From Lama glama (taxonomy: Eukaryota): 64,000 nucleotides of DNA. The first letter of the stretch is position 1, and each line of letters starts with the position of its first letter. The stretch covers positions 71,612,001-71,676,000 of the forward strand of contig CM052817.1 of the NCBI GenBank assembly GCA_028534125.1, in the 5' to 3' direction. The notes below the pieces were generated by a model. That model made no database searches, was not told the DNA's origin, and worked only from the letters and a program-made list of their open reading frames with translations. This document shows, piece by piece, positions 47,421 to 60,202 of the stretch. The position numbers and the translations under genes are program-made.

Positions 47421-47929
47421 TATCCCCATGCAGCTGGACTCATATGCCAATCTTCTCACACCATTTAATTTTTTTTATGTCAAATATACCTGTTAATCTA
47501 GCTCAGGGATAGAAAATGCTGACTGGTTAGTAATGGCTCTCTCACAGACTAGGATGAGAAAGGTTCTGAGAGCTCAGGGGAAGACAGTGCTCTAATCAGT
47601 CGGTTTTATCTGCCATAAATGTGAGCTGAGGAGGGGTAGCATTTGCCTTGGGTAATTCCTGTACCTATTCAACCTCTCCCCTGTTGTAAATCTAATCAAA
47701 AGTTTAAAAAAAGGAGGTGCTTCATTTTTTTCCCCACTAGGATTGCTGACAGTCAGAATGTGTTCTGCTGAGAATTGGACCTCTCACCATCTCTCACCAT
47801 GTCAGTGTCAAACTGCAAACAGTAAGTAATGAGAGGAGGCAGGGGCATGATGGAGGCTGTATCAAGGTGACTTTGAGTATGCTATTGTGAGAACCTGCAA
47901 AAACTCAGAAAAGTAAACTGTGCAGGATC

Positions 47930-48850
47930 CACACTCAATTATTTCCTTATGTTGCTTCCAAACTTTTCTTCAGCACCCCTCTGTGACAGACACTGTGCTC
48001 GGCTCTAGGAATACCAAAGAGAAAAAAGAAATAGCTCCTATCCTTCAGGAGCTCTTTGTTTAATAGTGGTGAACTCCAAGTAGATCAAGGAGTTTCAAGG
48101 GGTCAAGTAGAGCGACTTGTTTATAGCAGCTTGGGTGGTGACTCAGAGCACAGGTGGGCAGCCAGAGCAGAGAGGCAGTGAATGAGGGGTTCTCTGAGGG
48201 CTGACACCTGAGTTTGAAAGGACAAGGTGAGGATGCAAGAGAGACTGTGCAGGAGAATGAAAGTGCATCCCAGAGGAATTCAAAAGGAAACACATTTAAA
48301 AGTCATGGAGGCAGTAAACTGTAGGACATGCAGGGAGGAGTCAGTTTTTCAGTAAGGTTGAAGTAAGAGTATATACAGGCGTGGCAGGAATTAGTTTAGA
48401 GAGACAGGCAAGGGCAAAGCATCAAAGGGCAATGATAAACCAAAGTCTGACCTTTACCCTGGAAACTCTGTAGAGCCATACAGGATTTTCAACAAGAGAG
48501 GGACCACGTCCAGATCTGTAATTTAGAGATATCTCTGGAACTCTAGAGGATTTGAATGGGTTAAATAGGGGGAAACTGTGGGCAGGGAGACTACTTCAGA
48601 GAGTCTTGCTGGAATATAGCTAAGATAAAAGGAAAAGGTCTTAACTAGACTTGCAGCCTGAAAAGGAAGGCTCAGAGCAGGTTTGATCAGTATCAGGACA
48701 AGGTGACTAACTGGGTGGGGGTGGGGGTGAGGAAAAGGGAACCATCTAAGCTGCTCTCATGCTTCTGACTTGGACAGCTGGGAGACTGCTGACGCCTAGT
48801 CCCAAGATGGAGAACACAGGAAGGGGTGCTTAACTGATGGTCCAGCTTAA
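47930..48850 (-). mobile_element. L2 fragment
   Basis: cagacactgtgctcggctctaggaatacca...ggattttcaacaagagagggaccacgtccagatctgtaatttag. Confidence 0.75.
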
Positions 48851-49639
48851 GTTTGAGAGGAATTTTTAATTAATCTAAAGAGTTAAAGCCTACAAAAGTT
48901 TATGATAAGCCTAAATCATTGATGTAATTCTACTTTTGTAATTACCTAAATTTGCATTTGTGTTTGTATTTTCAGAATTCTTAATATATATATCATTCCA
49001 GTAATTGGTAATTACTGGAAAGATCTCATGGATCTTTACTGGAAAGATCTACTGGAAGGGACTGTTCCCCCTTTGTTGCTACTTCCCCAGAAGAGCATTA
49101 AAGAGTCCTGGTAATCATTAACTAATAATTTGGAGTTGAAGCTTCCAATTTTGTATTGATAGAAACTGTATATTCGAAGGCAATGATCTTGATTAACTGT
49201 AAGAGATCACTTCTTTGCAGATGACTGCAATAACTGATATTGAATTTTCAGCTTAAAAAGAAAAGGATTTACATTCTAAGTATTTGCTTTGTGTTGGTGT
49301 CAATAGGGCCATCTGAAAAGAATGAGGGTGTCAGATTCCCAGTGCAGCATTAGAACCTAAGTGACATAGCTCCGCCTTTCAATAACAGAGCTGTCACCTC
49401 AATCAATAAAGAACTAGAGGAGCCTATCCTATCCTAAGCTAGAGGCAGGCATCCAGCGTCTTCCAGGATCTGCACCCTCTTAGTCTTCTCTGCCTGATAT
49501 GCTGACCTCTAAAAGATAAAAGTCTCTTTTGTTGCACATTGGCTGAAACCCTCCACACTCCCTGTGAGGATCTAGACTTGAGGATAAGCACAGTCAACAT
49601 GGAGAGTCTATGTGCTTTACCCATGTGGATTATTCCTTT

Positions 49640-49938
49640 GGCCAGGACTACTGGTTGCCTACCCAGCTCTATCCTACTTCATTTCCTTAGCAACAGACTG
49701 TATTTGGGACAGTCATGTACCAAACTAAAGGACAGCATTTCCAAACTTCCCTTGCATTATGGGTGGGCAATCAATGAGGTGTGTGAGGAAAGGCATTGCA
49801 TGGCATTCCCTGGAAAGCTCTCAAAGGGGCCTGATTCAGCTGGGACTCCTTTTGGCCTCCTAATAATAAACTGCCCTAATTTTTAGACCACTGTAGTCAA
49901 GTCACATTGCCAGAGCCAGAAGCAATTCCTAACTGTAA
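49640..49938 (+). mobile_element. MaLR LTR (MLT1J-like), internally deleted
   Basis: ctggttgcctacccag...catttccaaacttcccttgca...gccagaagcaattcctaactg. Confidence 0.7.
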
Positions 49939-50309
49939 AATTATATTAAGGATTAAAAAAGAGCATGAGCCAGTTATTTAAATTGTGCTTCAATACTTGT
50001 CTGAACCCTGAAAGAAATCCTCACAGCATCTTTATGTGATAAAATAGGGTAAGTTCTGCTATTCACATCTAAAACCTGAGTTAGAATGGTCCCAGGGTGT
50101 GTTCCTTTTATAAGTTCCCATGGGTAAGGAAAAGAAATCCTTGCCATGGTGGAACCTGGGTATTGTGATATTAGCTTTTTGTTTTCACCAGATCTTTCAG
50201 TAACTGAAACAAAATAATTAACAAGTTCTTTCATAAAACCAGTTTATCTAGTAGACTAGTGGTTTATAATTAACATAGCAATCTACATGTGTTACAAAGC
50301 ACCTGTTGG

Positions 50310-50570
50310 GGAAGGCAGACTGGAGAAGTAGTTAAGAGTGAGTTTGGGAATCCCAGCTCAATCACTTGACAACTGTAGGACCTTGGGCCAGGCACTTAAA
50401 AAAAAACAACAAAAATCTTCAGTTCCCTTATCTTAAAGTGAAAAATGATGACAGCAGTCTACTTAGAGAGTTGTCATAAAGATTAAATGAGGTAAAAGAT
50501 GTTCAGTACTTAGCACCGAACTTGGAACATAATGACGAGTTAATGTGAGTTAGCCATTATTATTTTATTG
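50310..50570 (+). mobile_element. MIR SINE
   Basis: gaatcccagctcaatcacttgacaactgtaggaccttggg...gttgtcataaagattaaatgagg. Confidence 0.85.
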
Positions 50571-50829
50571 CCCCTAGAAACCAATGTTTTAGTTATAATT
50601 AGGTTCAGTTACACTTAACAAAAAGCCCTCAAATAATATTCGCTTAGCAGATTAACATTTCATTCTCTCCAATGTAAAAGTCCAGAGTTTTGTTATCTGT
50701 GCCTGGAATAGGGGCTCTGCTCCATGAGTTCTTCCTGCAATTTAAATATTATCTCTACTATGCATCTTCACTTAGCCAAACCTTAATTTCTCCATGGTGT
50801 ATTTTTAGTAACTTAAAAAGCTGTGACTA

Positions 50830-50879
50830 ATTTGACACAACATTGTAAAATGATTATAAATCAATAAAAAATGTTAAAA
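50830..50879 (+). mobile_element. 50-bp L1 3' terminus (extreme 5' truncation)
   Basis: atttgacacaacattgtaaaatgattataaatcaataaaaaatgttaaaa. Perfect 15-bp TSD aaaaagctgtgacta at 50815-50829 and 50880-50894, at a TT/AAAA endonuclease site. Confidence 0.9.
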
Positions 50880-51959
50880 AAAAAGCTGTGACTATAAAGA
50901 ACAATGTCCAAGGATGTAAGCAATTAAGATGATGTGATTATAGGTAGGGAGAGATTAGAAATCTATATATGGCATCATCAGAGTTGAGGTGAGAGGTGAA
51001 GCTTATGGAGTTTGAAACCTGAGAGGATGAAGCCTGTTAGGAGGTGTCCTCTAGAGAGAAAAGCAGAGTCAATTATTACTTGAAGAAATCACTGTTAGGG
51101 GTTGGGGAGAAATGAGCAAAAAAGTAAAAGAATGACTTTTTAGGAATAGATGTAGCTGCAATACACCCAAATATCAAGGAGAGCAAGAAAAGAAGGATGA
51201 ACCCGAGATTCAGTACGATAGTTACCTGGGGAGAGATGAGGCCGAGAAACCAACCCGAGGAGACTGCGTGTTCGCTTGTAGCAGGTTATGGCCAGGGCCC
51301 TAGCTTTTGGTTTCAGTAAGCAGTGGTTTCACAGTTACTTATTACTTTATTAATAATAACTCTTTCAGAAAGATGGATACCAGAAAAGATAAAAGCTCTA
51401 ACAGATCAATTATTACAGAAGGAAGAGTTTCCAAAACAAGGAAAAGACTGTAATACAATATGAACAAAAAAGATAAACTCTTAGAAATAAATTTAACCCA
51501 AAATATGCACTCTTAGCATCCAGGAGATTGGGGTTTATAAGGCAGCTTTAAAAGTGGCTCCAGTTCTCTAGGCTCTGCATCCTTATCTATAAATAGGAGA
51601 ACCAGGTTGAATAATTTTATGATCTCTTTCAGCTTTAATATATCTACAGAACTTGATTCCCTGTTCAATGTCGTCAACGAAATTGAATGTGGCATAAGCA
51701 TTTCCGTGATCTTTCATGGCCTCCAGTAAATATCGTGGGTAATTGTCCAGAACATGAAAAACAAAAAACATTGCTTTTAAAACCTTTTTGAAACAGGGAG
51801 AAGAGTGGTTTGTCAGCTATCCTTGGATTTCCCCTATTTTATGTGGGGGAAATAAAGATCTGCGTGCCTGGAACTTGAGATTTCTCCTGATGGCTAGTAT
51901 GATTTGTGGTGCTACATTCCTTCTGAATTTATGTGAATATACTTCTGAAGTTATAATGG

Positions 51960-52200
51960 AAGGTGGTTGTTGTGTAATAGAGAGAAAAATACATTTAGAT
52001 CAAAAGAATTATGTTTAAACTCCTGCTTTGCTGGTTAGTAGCTATTTGACCTCATATAAATCAGTTAACTGCCAAACAGAAGAGTCTTGGTCTATAAAGT
52101 AAAATAATAATATAATCTTTTTAGGGTTGGTGTGAAAACTGAAAGGCATAATATGGTATCATTTTATAAAATGTAAAGTGCTACACTCTGTAAACTGTTT
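51960..52200 (+). mobile_element. MIR SINE
   Basis: tagtagctatttgacctc...tctataaagtaaaataataata...agggttggtgtgaaaactgaaa. Confidence 0.7.
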
Positions 52201-52234
52201 GTCTGGTAGATTATAAAAAGTCTGTTTTTAAGTA

Positions 52235-53117
52235 GTGTTGGGAAAGCTGAACAGCCGCATGTAAATCAATGAAATTAGAACTCTCTCTTACACCATTCAC
52301 AAAAATAAATTCAAAATGGCTTAAAGACCTAAATATAAGACGTGACACCATAAAACTCCTAGAAGAGAACATAGGCAAAACATTCTCAGACCAAATTGTA
52401 GCAATATTTTCTTACCTCAGTCTCCCAAGGCAAAAGAAATAAAAGCAAAAATAAACAAATGGGACCTAATCAAACTTAAAAGCTCTTGCACAGCAAAGGA
52501 AACCATCAATAAAATGAAAAGACAACCTATGGAATGGGAGAAAATATGTGCAAACAATGCAACTGACAAGAGATTAATATCCAAAATATACAAACAGCTT
52601 ATACAACTCAACATCAAAAAAAAAAAAAAAAACAAACAACCCAATCAACAAATGGGCAGAAGACCTAAATAGACATTTCTCCAAAGAAGACATACAGATG
52701 GCCAACAGGCACATGAAAAGATGCTCAGCATTGCTAATTATCAGAGAAATGCAAATTAAAACCACAATGAAGTATCACCTCACATCAGTCAGAATGGCTA
52801 TCATCAAAAAGTCAAAACAAAAGGCTATCATCAAAAATAATAAATGCTGGAGAGGGTGTAGAGAAAATTACACTGTTGGTGAGAATGTAAATTGGCATAG
52901 TCACTATGGAAAACAATAAAGAGGTTCCTTAAAAAACTAAAAATATAGCTACTATATGATCCAGCAGCAATCTCACTCCTGGGCATATGTCCAGAAAAGA
53001 CAAAAACTAATTTGAAAAGACACATGTACCCCAATGTTCATAGCAGCACTATTTACAATAGCTGAGATATGGAAATAACCCAAGTGCCCATCATCACATG
53101 AGTGGTTGAAGAAGATG
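52235..53117 (+). mobile_element. LINE-1 ORF2 C-terminal fragment
   Basis: Peptide [39 protein letters not shown]. Contains a local duplication ggctatcatcaaaaa at 52796-52810 and 52823-52837. Confidence 0.95.
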
Positions 53118-53899
53118 AATTTAAATGTCTCTTCTGAATTGTCCTCCAAGATATTTGAAAAAGAATGCTGCTTGTTTGCAAAGTTATTGTAAAATAGAAA
53201 GCCTATATTTCTGATAAAGAACCCTCATATGCTTAGATTTTGCAAACAGTGGAGTCAGGACTACTAGGATGAGAGCTTCCATCATCACTGCTGAAAGTTT
53301 TCAAACTCAAATGTCTCTGCGTACCAGGGCCAGGCAGGTAGTAACTGACAACCTCCAGAGTGAGAACATTTAACTTTCTTCTTAAATGAACAACAAAAAC
53401 AGCAGCACAAGCACAATGATAAATGTTAAGGCACTTTGGTTGGCTGGGAAAAAGAAAAGGTTGGAGGTGGTATAAAAAGAAATCCAAATGCTTGTCTAAA
53501 GAGGAGTGGCTATTACTGGTGACAACCGATTGTTGCCCATCTGATTTTTGAGAAGGGATTAGATTGTGTTGATTTTTATGTTATATTTCCCAGTTTTAAA
53601 CTGTTGGTTAATAACTCAGCTTTCAAAAAATCACTGTGCTGACCAATAATGTTTGTGGGGAGAAAAATGTTCTGTGCTGGATTCCAGTGGCCAATTAATG
53701 ACTGCTTCGGTTAGAGAGGAGTATTGGGGAAAAACATAATATTTTTTGCCATTAATAAGAAACTCCCTCGCATTTCCTGTCTGTCAGAAGTCTCTGTCTC
53801 TTGTTTTTTCTCTCATAATACTGAATCCATAATTGTTTTCTCTTCTTGACTAGAAGATATATTGGATTGGGCAAGAATTAGATTTCCGATGCCTCCAGG

Positions 53900-54060
53900 T
53901 CAGTGTTTCTTAAACATCAGTTCGGCTGAAGAATCTTCCAAGATCTCACTCACAGAGATTCTGATTCCTTGAATCAAGGGTAAATCCAGATACACACTTT
54001 TTCACAATCTCAAGATGATTTCATTGAAGAATGATCCCACAACTCTTTGAAAAATGGTGC
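53900..54060. mobile_element. MER5-like MITE
   Basis: cagtgtttcttaaac...cagagattctgattc...ctttgaaaaatggtg. Confidence 0.6.
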
Positions 54061-55009
54061 CTTAAAGTACTGGTGGTTCCACTATTTTTTTTTCTGCTGG
54101 CAAAGACTCATGGACAGTTTAGTTTTCACACATTTTCATAAATAAGTGTGCTCACTAAATCTAGGCTGGTCACAGAAAGAGAAGACTAATGTTGTCCAGT
54201 GCTCCTTCCTCCCCCTTGATGGGGTGGGAGCAGAAGTGGAGCTGTGACAACTGGCCTTCTTAGACTCACTGCTCCAAATGGTCTAGCACAGACTGAGGTA
54301 CATTATAGGATAGTTTTTTCTTTATTATAATTTTATTTTAAAAATTCACTGTTATACCATTGCAAGATTTTAAAATCTTCAGTTACAGCAGAGTACATCA
54401 AGTTGCTTTCTTGCTTTTTTGGTTTCTGCCAAGAAAACATGTATGATTTGAAGCCTCCCCAGCGTATAAACTAACACAAAGCCCTAGAGTGCAGAGAAAG
54501 GAGAGCCCTTCAGTCATGTTCTAGCTGTTTCTGGAAAAAGTCAGTTCTCTCTGCTGTTATTTCCCAGGATGAAATTTCTTTCTTCAGTAAACTGGTGCTG
54601 ACTATTCTTTACTTCAGGCTGAACATAACATTTGTGTAAAGCAGCAAATAATTTTTATTTCATTGTAAACTGAGATGCAGTTTAAATCTGCCAAGAATGG
54701 AAGTAATATGTATGCAAATATGATAAAACTCCAGAGCAATTTACCTTGTAAATATTCAAATGGGAAATTCTATGCCATCTTTATTTCCAACAAAGAACAT
54801 TGCCAGATTTAATATACCCATGAACAGTTATTTCTGAACTCTCTAGCACAGTAATAAAGGGAACACGTATTTTGACTACTGAGTATAACTTTCTTTACAG
54901 AATCTGTGATATGATTGCCCAATACTCTACCTTATCATCATTGCCAAATCACTAATGTCCAACCTTTCATTACTAAAGGACCACTTTGACATGGAAATCC
55001 ACAAGCTTT

Positions 55010-55220
55010 CTTTTTATGTATGCCAGGAACTTTCACGGAAATGCTCACCCCAAGTCCAACAACAATCTGGAATGAAGGTGTTATTCCTCATCCTACAGGT
55101 AAGGATGCTAAGGCTTTGTGAGACTAAGCAAGTTTTTCAGAATCGCAAAACAAGTCAGTGGAAGAGCAGATGTCAACCCTCAGGTTTGCTTGATTCCAAA
55201 CCCAATGATTCCTGTAGCCA
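55010..55220 (-). mobile_element. MIR SINE
   Basis: gtgttattcctcatcctacaggtaaggatgctaaggctttgtgagactaagcaag. Confidence 0.65.
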
Positions 55221-57535
55221 TGCCCTGACAGGGTGATTATGGTAATTTGCAGAGGGCATATCAACTGTTGTGTTGTGATTAACAAGAATCACCAAGATTT
55301 TTGCAGTGGGTAACTCACAGAGAGGATGGGAAGTTACAGAGCTAGGTGGGACAAGACAAAAAACCAAGACAGCACCTCAGGTAGTCCCCAGATATCTAGG
55401 CAGCAGGACATAGTCTGGGCTCTACTTTAGAATGAAAAGCTCCAAAAGTTGTTGTTGACATCATCTTAATTCACTCTGCTTACAATTCAAAGTCCCAGGA
55501 GACAGATTTCTATTGGCCTAGCTGAAATTGTGTGCTTCTTAACTAGGAGAAAGCTGAGACTTTGAATATAGCAGTACCAAGACTGCTTACACCTGGTAGA
55601 GTAGTTACCCCAGAGGAAGAAAGGGTGTTCTTAGGAAGGGGAAATGGGTGCTAAGATGGCCCCTCCCCAAAAGAGTCAACAGAAGTCCACATATAGTTGT
55701 CCTTCAGGACATTAACCTCATAATACTACGACTAATCCTTAATTTTACCTAGTAATTTATTGTGCAGATTTCACACATAGCTTTTCTCAGATATCATAAA
55801 TTTCTATTTATACTGAACCATGACAATTGACTCATAACATTTCTACCAGTCATTTTTACATAATTACTTTATGCACTGAAGTAGTCCTTTATTTGATCTA
55901 AATGACCACTTTCGAAATTCCAAGAGTGTCTATTCTGAATGTGGCAGATAATGCCTTTACTTCACAGCCTTTGTGATTTATAGAGAGTGATAATGTCATA
56001 TCCTGTCCTTGCATGTCCCTGTCACGTTTCTGGTCTTTAGCACATGCCAGTCAACTACAACAGGATGAGGTGGCCCAACGGCAGCCAAGCAAGATACAGC
56101 CCACCCACCTAGGTGGGAACAGGCAAAGAACACATCATGTCCCAGATGTATGGTAAATGGTCTTAGCTTCCAAATGAAATTAGTGGAGCATCGTGATGGG
56201 AAATCTAAGAACAGAAGATACTCTTCCTTTCTAGGCAGGTTGAGAGTCAATATCAGAAACATTTATCAAAGGTAGTAAGGTTGGATCCTCTTAGCTGTGG
56301 TTCAGGGGCAAAACTCTAAGTTGCTCATTCATCCTCTAAATTTATTGGTGCTAATCCTCCAGACTACCTCCTACTAGTCACCAGTTGCTTTAATTTCAGC
56401 TTTCCTAATTTATTGATACCTTGGCCCCCTTCACTTGAGCTGACTTGCTCTATAACATGCTCCCAGCTCTGACCTTGATCATACATCTGCCCTCTATCCT
56501 CTGGCTCCCAGGTCACAGTGGCCCTGGACAGATCACTAAGCACATTGCCGTGGAGCTTGGCTGGGCTCTCCTTCAGCTGGGGGAAAATCAGATGAGGAGG
56601 AGTTGCAGGGATGCTGGATTCTCAGCTGTTGACCCTCAGGACTAGTCCTAGGACAGAAGCTGTGCGGAGAAAAGGAGGGCAGAGTCCTGAAACTGGCCAA
56701 GGCTTGACACTTGAGGATGAACAGCCCCACTGACCTTAAGTCAGTCCTTCCACCTGATTGATTATTTTACTTGCTCTTCTCTGACTTTACTGGCTCCATT
56801 AGAGGTGTGGCAATCACAAATTTACATAGTAATCGAGGTACAAATCAGCCGTGTTTGTGAACAAAGATAAGGTGAAAGTTTTGCTGGGAATTTTTCCCAC
56901 ATCACCCATAGGCTTAGTTAGCTTCAGTAGTAACAGTGGAGTATCTGGTTGCCGAAGGGGAGGGGAATAAATCAGATATAATGCTTCCTAATTCCTTTGT
57001 TAAGAATTCCTGTTCTTAAGAGAATTTTCTTATTTTGTAAGAAAATTCAGATTATACCAAAGATATTTTTTCTCATCTCTTTTCTAGCCTGTCAAAAGCT
57101 TCTGCAAAGTTCTGTCCATGCATTTGGCAATTCACTCTTACAAGGGAATGCATAGCTGCACCTAAGGCTTCTATTTTGCCAGCAGGCGTAATGTGTTTTG
57201 TCATTACTATGTTTTTATTTCAACAATTATTTACATTTTTCGTATTGAGTATTCCTGTTATAATTGCCTGATCTTGCTTTATGTTTTCAACATTCCAACT
57301 TATCTTTATATTTATTTCAAATTAAATTAGATTTATAAAATTAAATTATGCTTATTCAATTATACTTATTTAAAATTCCCATTCTGTCTGTTGCATTGGT
57401 TCTGCTTTTTCTTGAATAGGGTGTTCTGTTTATTGTCTATGTGTTACACGGCTCTGTGCTTCAGATGTCACATAATTTCACATTGTGAATGAATCTGTAT
57501 TGCCTTGGGACAACAATAGTTCCATAGCAGTACTG

Positions 57536-57538
<3 letters not shown>

Positions 57539-57567
<29 letters not shown>
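57539..57567. repeat. Poly-T tract (about 29 nt)
   Basis: Direct observation. Confidence 0.95.
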
Positions 57568-57626
57568 GTGTAAAACACTTGGAATAGTGACTGGTAAAGA
57601 AAGCACTCAACATTTGGTAGCTATAC

Positions 57627-58650
57627 TGTATTCGCTTTCTACGGCTGCATGATTACCCCAAAACAGCAGCTTAAGACAACAGCCATTTATTACTTCATAG
57701 TCCCGTAAGTTAGAAGTCTAGACAGGCTCAGCTGGGTTCTCTTGCTCAGGGAATCAAAGGCCAAAATCAAAGTGTTGTTTGGGCTCAGCTTTTATATCTG
57801 GAGGCTCTAGGAGAGAATCTGCTTCCAGGTTCAATCAGGTTGTTGGTGGAATTTGATTTCTTGCTGGACCGAATGCCCTTTTTTGCCTTCCATCAGCCTG
57901 ACAGCTCTCAGCTCCTAGAGGCCTTCCTCCATTACTTCCATGTGGTTCCCCTATCTCAGAGCCTGCAATGGCACATCACATCCTTCCTAGGCTTGGAATC
58001 TCTCTGACTTTCTCTTTTGATGAAGAAAACTCTGCTTTTAAGGGGCTTATGTGATTAGATTATGCCCATCCCAATCATCTCCCTTTTGTTTAATTCAAAG
58101 TTAACAGATTAGTGCATTAATTTGCTAGGGCTAGTACACCAAAGTACCAGAAACTGGGTGGTTTAAACAACAGAAATGTACCATTTCACAGTTCTGAAAG
58201 CCCGAAGTCCCAAATCAAGGTCGTGGAAGGTGTAGATTGTTCCGAGGGCTGTGAGGGAGAACCTGTCCCAGGCCTCTTCCCTAGCTGCTGGTAGTCTCAG
58301 GCATTCCTCAGCTTGTTGACAGTTTTCTCTATGTGTTCACATCATCTTGCCTCACTGCCTCTCTGTCTTTGTCCAAAATTTTCCGCTTTATATGGACACA
58401 AGTGATATTGGATGGAGCCCACTGAAACAACCTCATCTTGACTGGATCATCTTCAAAGACCCTATTTCCAAATAAGGTTACATTCACAAATATTGGGGGT
58501 TAGGATTTCAACATTTTTCAAGAGGACACAGTTCAACCCATAACAATTAATAAACTTAATTACACTGGCAAAATCCTTTTTTTGCCACGTAATGTTATGT
58601 AATCACTGGAGTAACACTAGGGGCAGAGTTCCAAGGGGCCATCTTAAAAT
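57627..58650 (-). mobile_element. MaLR LTR (MLT1D/E-like) interrupted by a nested MLT1
   Basis: ctggaggctctaggagagaatctgcttccaggttcaatcaggttgttggtggaatttgatttcttgc...aacttaattacactggcaaaatccttt. Confidence 0.85.
58113..58545 (-). mobile_element. MaLR LTR (MLT1B/C-like) nested in the previous LTR
   Basis: tgcattaatttgctagggc...ggacacagttcaacccataaca. 5-bp TSD attag (58108-58112) and attaa (58546-58550). Confidence 0.9.
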
Positions 58651-59345
58651 AGTCATTATCATTTTCATTTCTTCTAGTGCTTATCTATCAGAGCTTTTCT
58701 TCAGGACAAAAAGCAACACCTTTCAGATAGTGGAGTCCAGAGAATGTCTAGTTCTAATCATGTAGGGGGCTAATGGATTTGAAGAATTATTACACATTTA
58801 AAGAAATAGAACTAAATGCTGAAACTATTATATCTCTTATAATTTTCTTCAGTTATTGTTGATGTTAAAATATTATAGATTGCTTTAAAATTGTTAGTTT
58901 ATCTTAAGAAATATATTGCAAATATTGAGGACCAGGGGATTAAGATATTCAGAGCTATGGTAATCATCATGGTAAAAAATTCTTTTATTACTTACTGAAT
59001 TTTAGTTTACATGGATGCTAATTGCATTTGGTAAAATTTCAGCAATGTGTGATCTCCAAGGAGTCCTTTGACATTAGGAAAAATACATTTAAAAATTTTA
59101 GGGCTCATATGCAGACCTGGTAAATGTCTAATACTAGATACGGTTAACAGTGCTTTGCATTGCTTCCAGGTGAATAATGTTTAATTTTAAAGAAAACTGT
59201 ATGGAAGAATCTATAGACTGCAGTGTGAATTAAATTTGAAATGTGTATTTATGATATTTTATAAACGATATTTTATTTTTTAGGGTCTCGATGACTTGGT
59301 AATTAGTAAGCATTATCTTTCTAGGAGGAAATGTAACATAGTGGC

Positions 59346-59742
59346 TGTTTGCTAGGGCTGCCATAATAAAATACCACAGGTTGGGTGGTTTAAACAACAG
59401 AAACAGTTCTGGAGGATAGAAGTTCAAGATCAAGGCATTGTCAGGAATGGATTCTCCTCTCCAGTGGAGGCCTCTCTCCTTGGCTTGCAGATGGTGCCTT
59501 CTCACATGTCCTCACACGGGCTTTCCTCTGTGTGCCAGCATCACCGGTGGCTCTTTGTATGTCCAAATTTCCTCTTCCCATAAGGACACCTGTTAGATGG
59601 GATTAGGGCCCACTCTAATGGCTTCATTTTAATTTAATCAAAATTTAAAAGCCCTATCCTCAAATATAGTCGCATGCTGAGGTACTGGGGGTTAGAGATT
59701 CAACATATGAATTTTTAGGGTGACACAATTCAGTCCACAACA
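59346..59742 (-). mobile_element. MaLR LTR (MLT1A/B-like)
   Basis: tttgctagggctgccataataaaataccacagg...gacacaattcagtccacaaca. Flanks gtggc and gtagc. Confidence 0.9.
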
Positions 59743-59805
59743 GTAGCTAAGCTTGTGGGTTTTAGAATCAATGAGATCTACTGTCACAAGTCATGATTTC
59801 AGCGC

Positions 59806-60200
59806 TGTATCAGTCAGAATGGGCTAGTTAGGCTGCAGTGATAAACAACCTCAAGATAGACAAAGATTTATTTCTTGCTCACACTACCTGCCCAATGTTG
59901 ATTGGCTGAGGTCTCTGGTCTGTTTTGTCCCCACTCCAGAACCAGGTTGACAGAGCTGACATCAACATCTGAAACACTGATGACAGGAAGAAAAAGAACT
60001 GTGGCAAATTTCACACCAACTCCTCAAACCTCTGTTCAGAATGACGTACGTATTACTTAAGTTCATGTTTCACCGACCATAGCAATTTATGTGGCTGTGC
60101 CTAACTTCAAGGGAGGGGAGTGTGTGGGGAAACAAAATCTGACTAGTGCCTAGAAAGAGACATGAGCTGGAATAATTGTGGATAGCCTCAGTATCAGTGG
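59806..60200 (-). mobile_element. MaLR LTR (MLT1J/K-like)
   Basis: tgtatcagtcagaatgggctagttaggctgcagtgataaacaacctc...aaagatttatttcttgctcacactac. Confidence 0.8.
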
Positions 60201-60202
60201 AA

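Noticed and set aside
51583..51771. Protein-like 62-aa minus-strand ORF and a possible plus-strand exon near 51650-51737
   Set aside because: No recognisable homology. All three plus-strand frames contain stops before the GT, and the minus ORF lacks convincing splice or start context.
56104..56654. Perfect palindromes cccacctaggtggg (56104-56117) and aggactagtcct (56638-56649)
   Set aside because: Several 12-14 bp palindromes are expected by chance in 64 kb.
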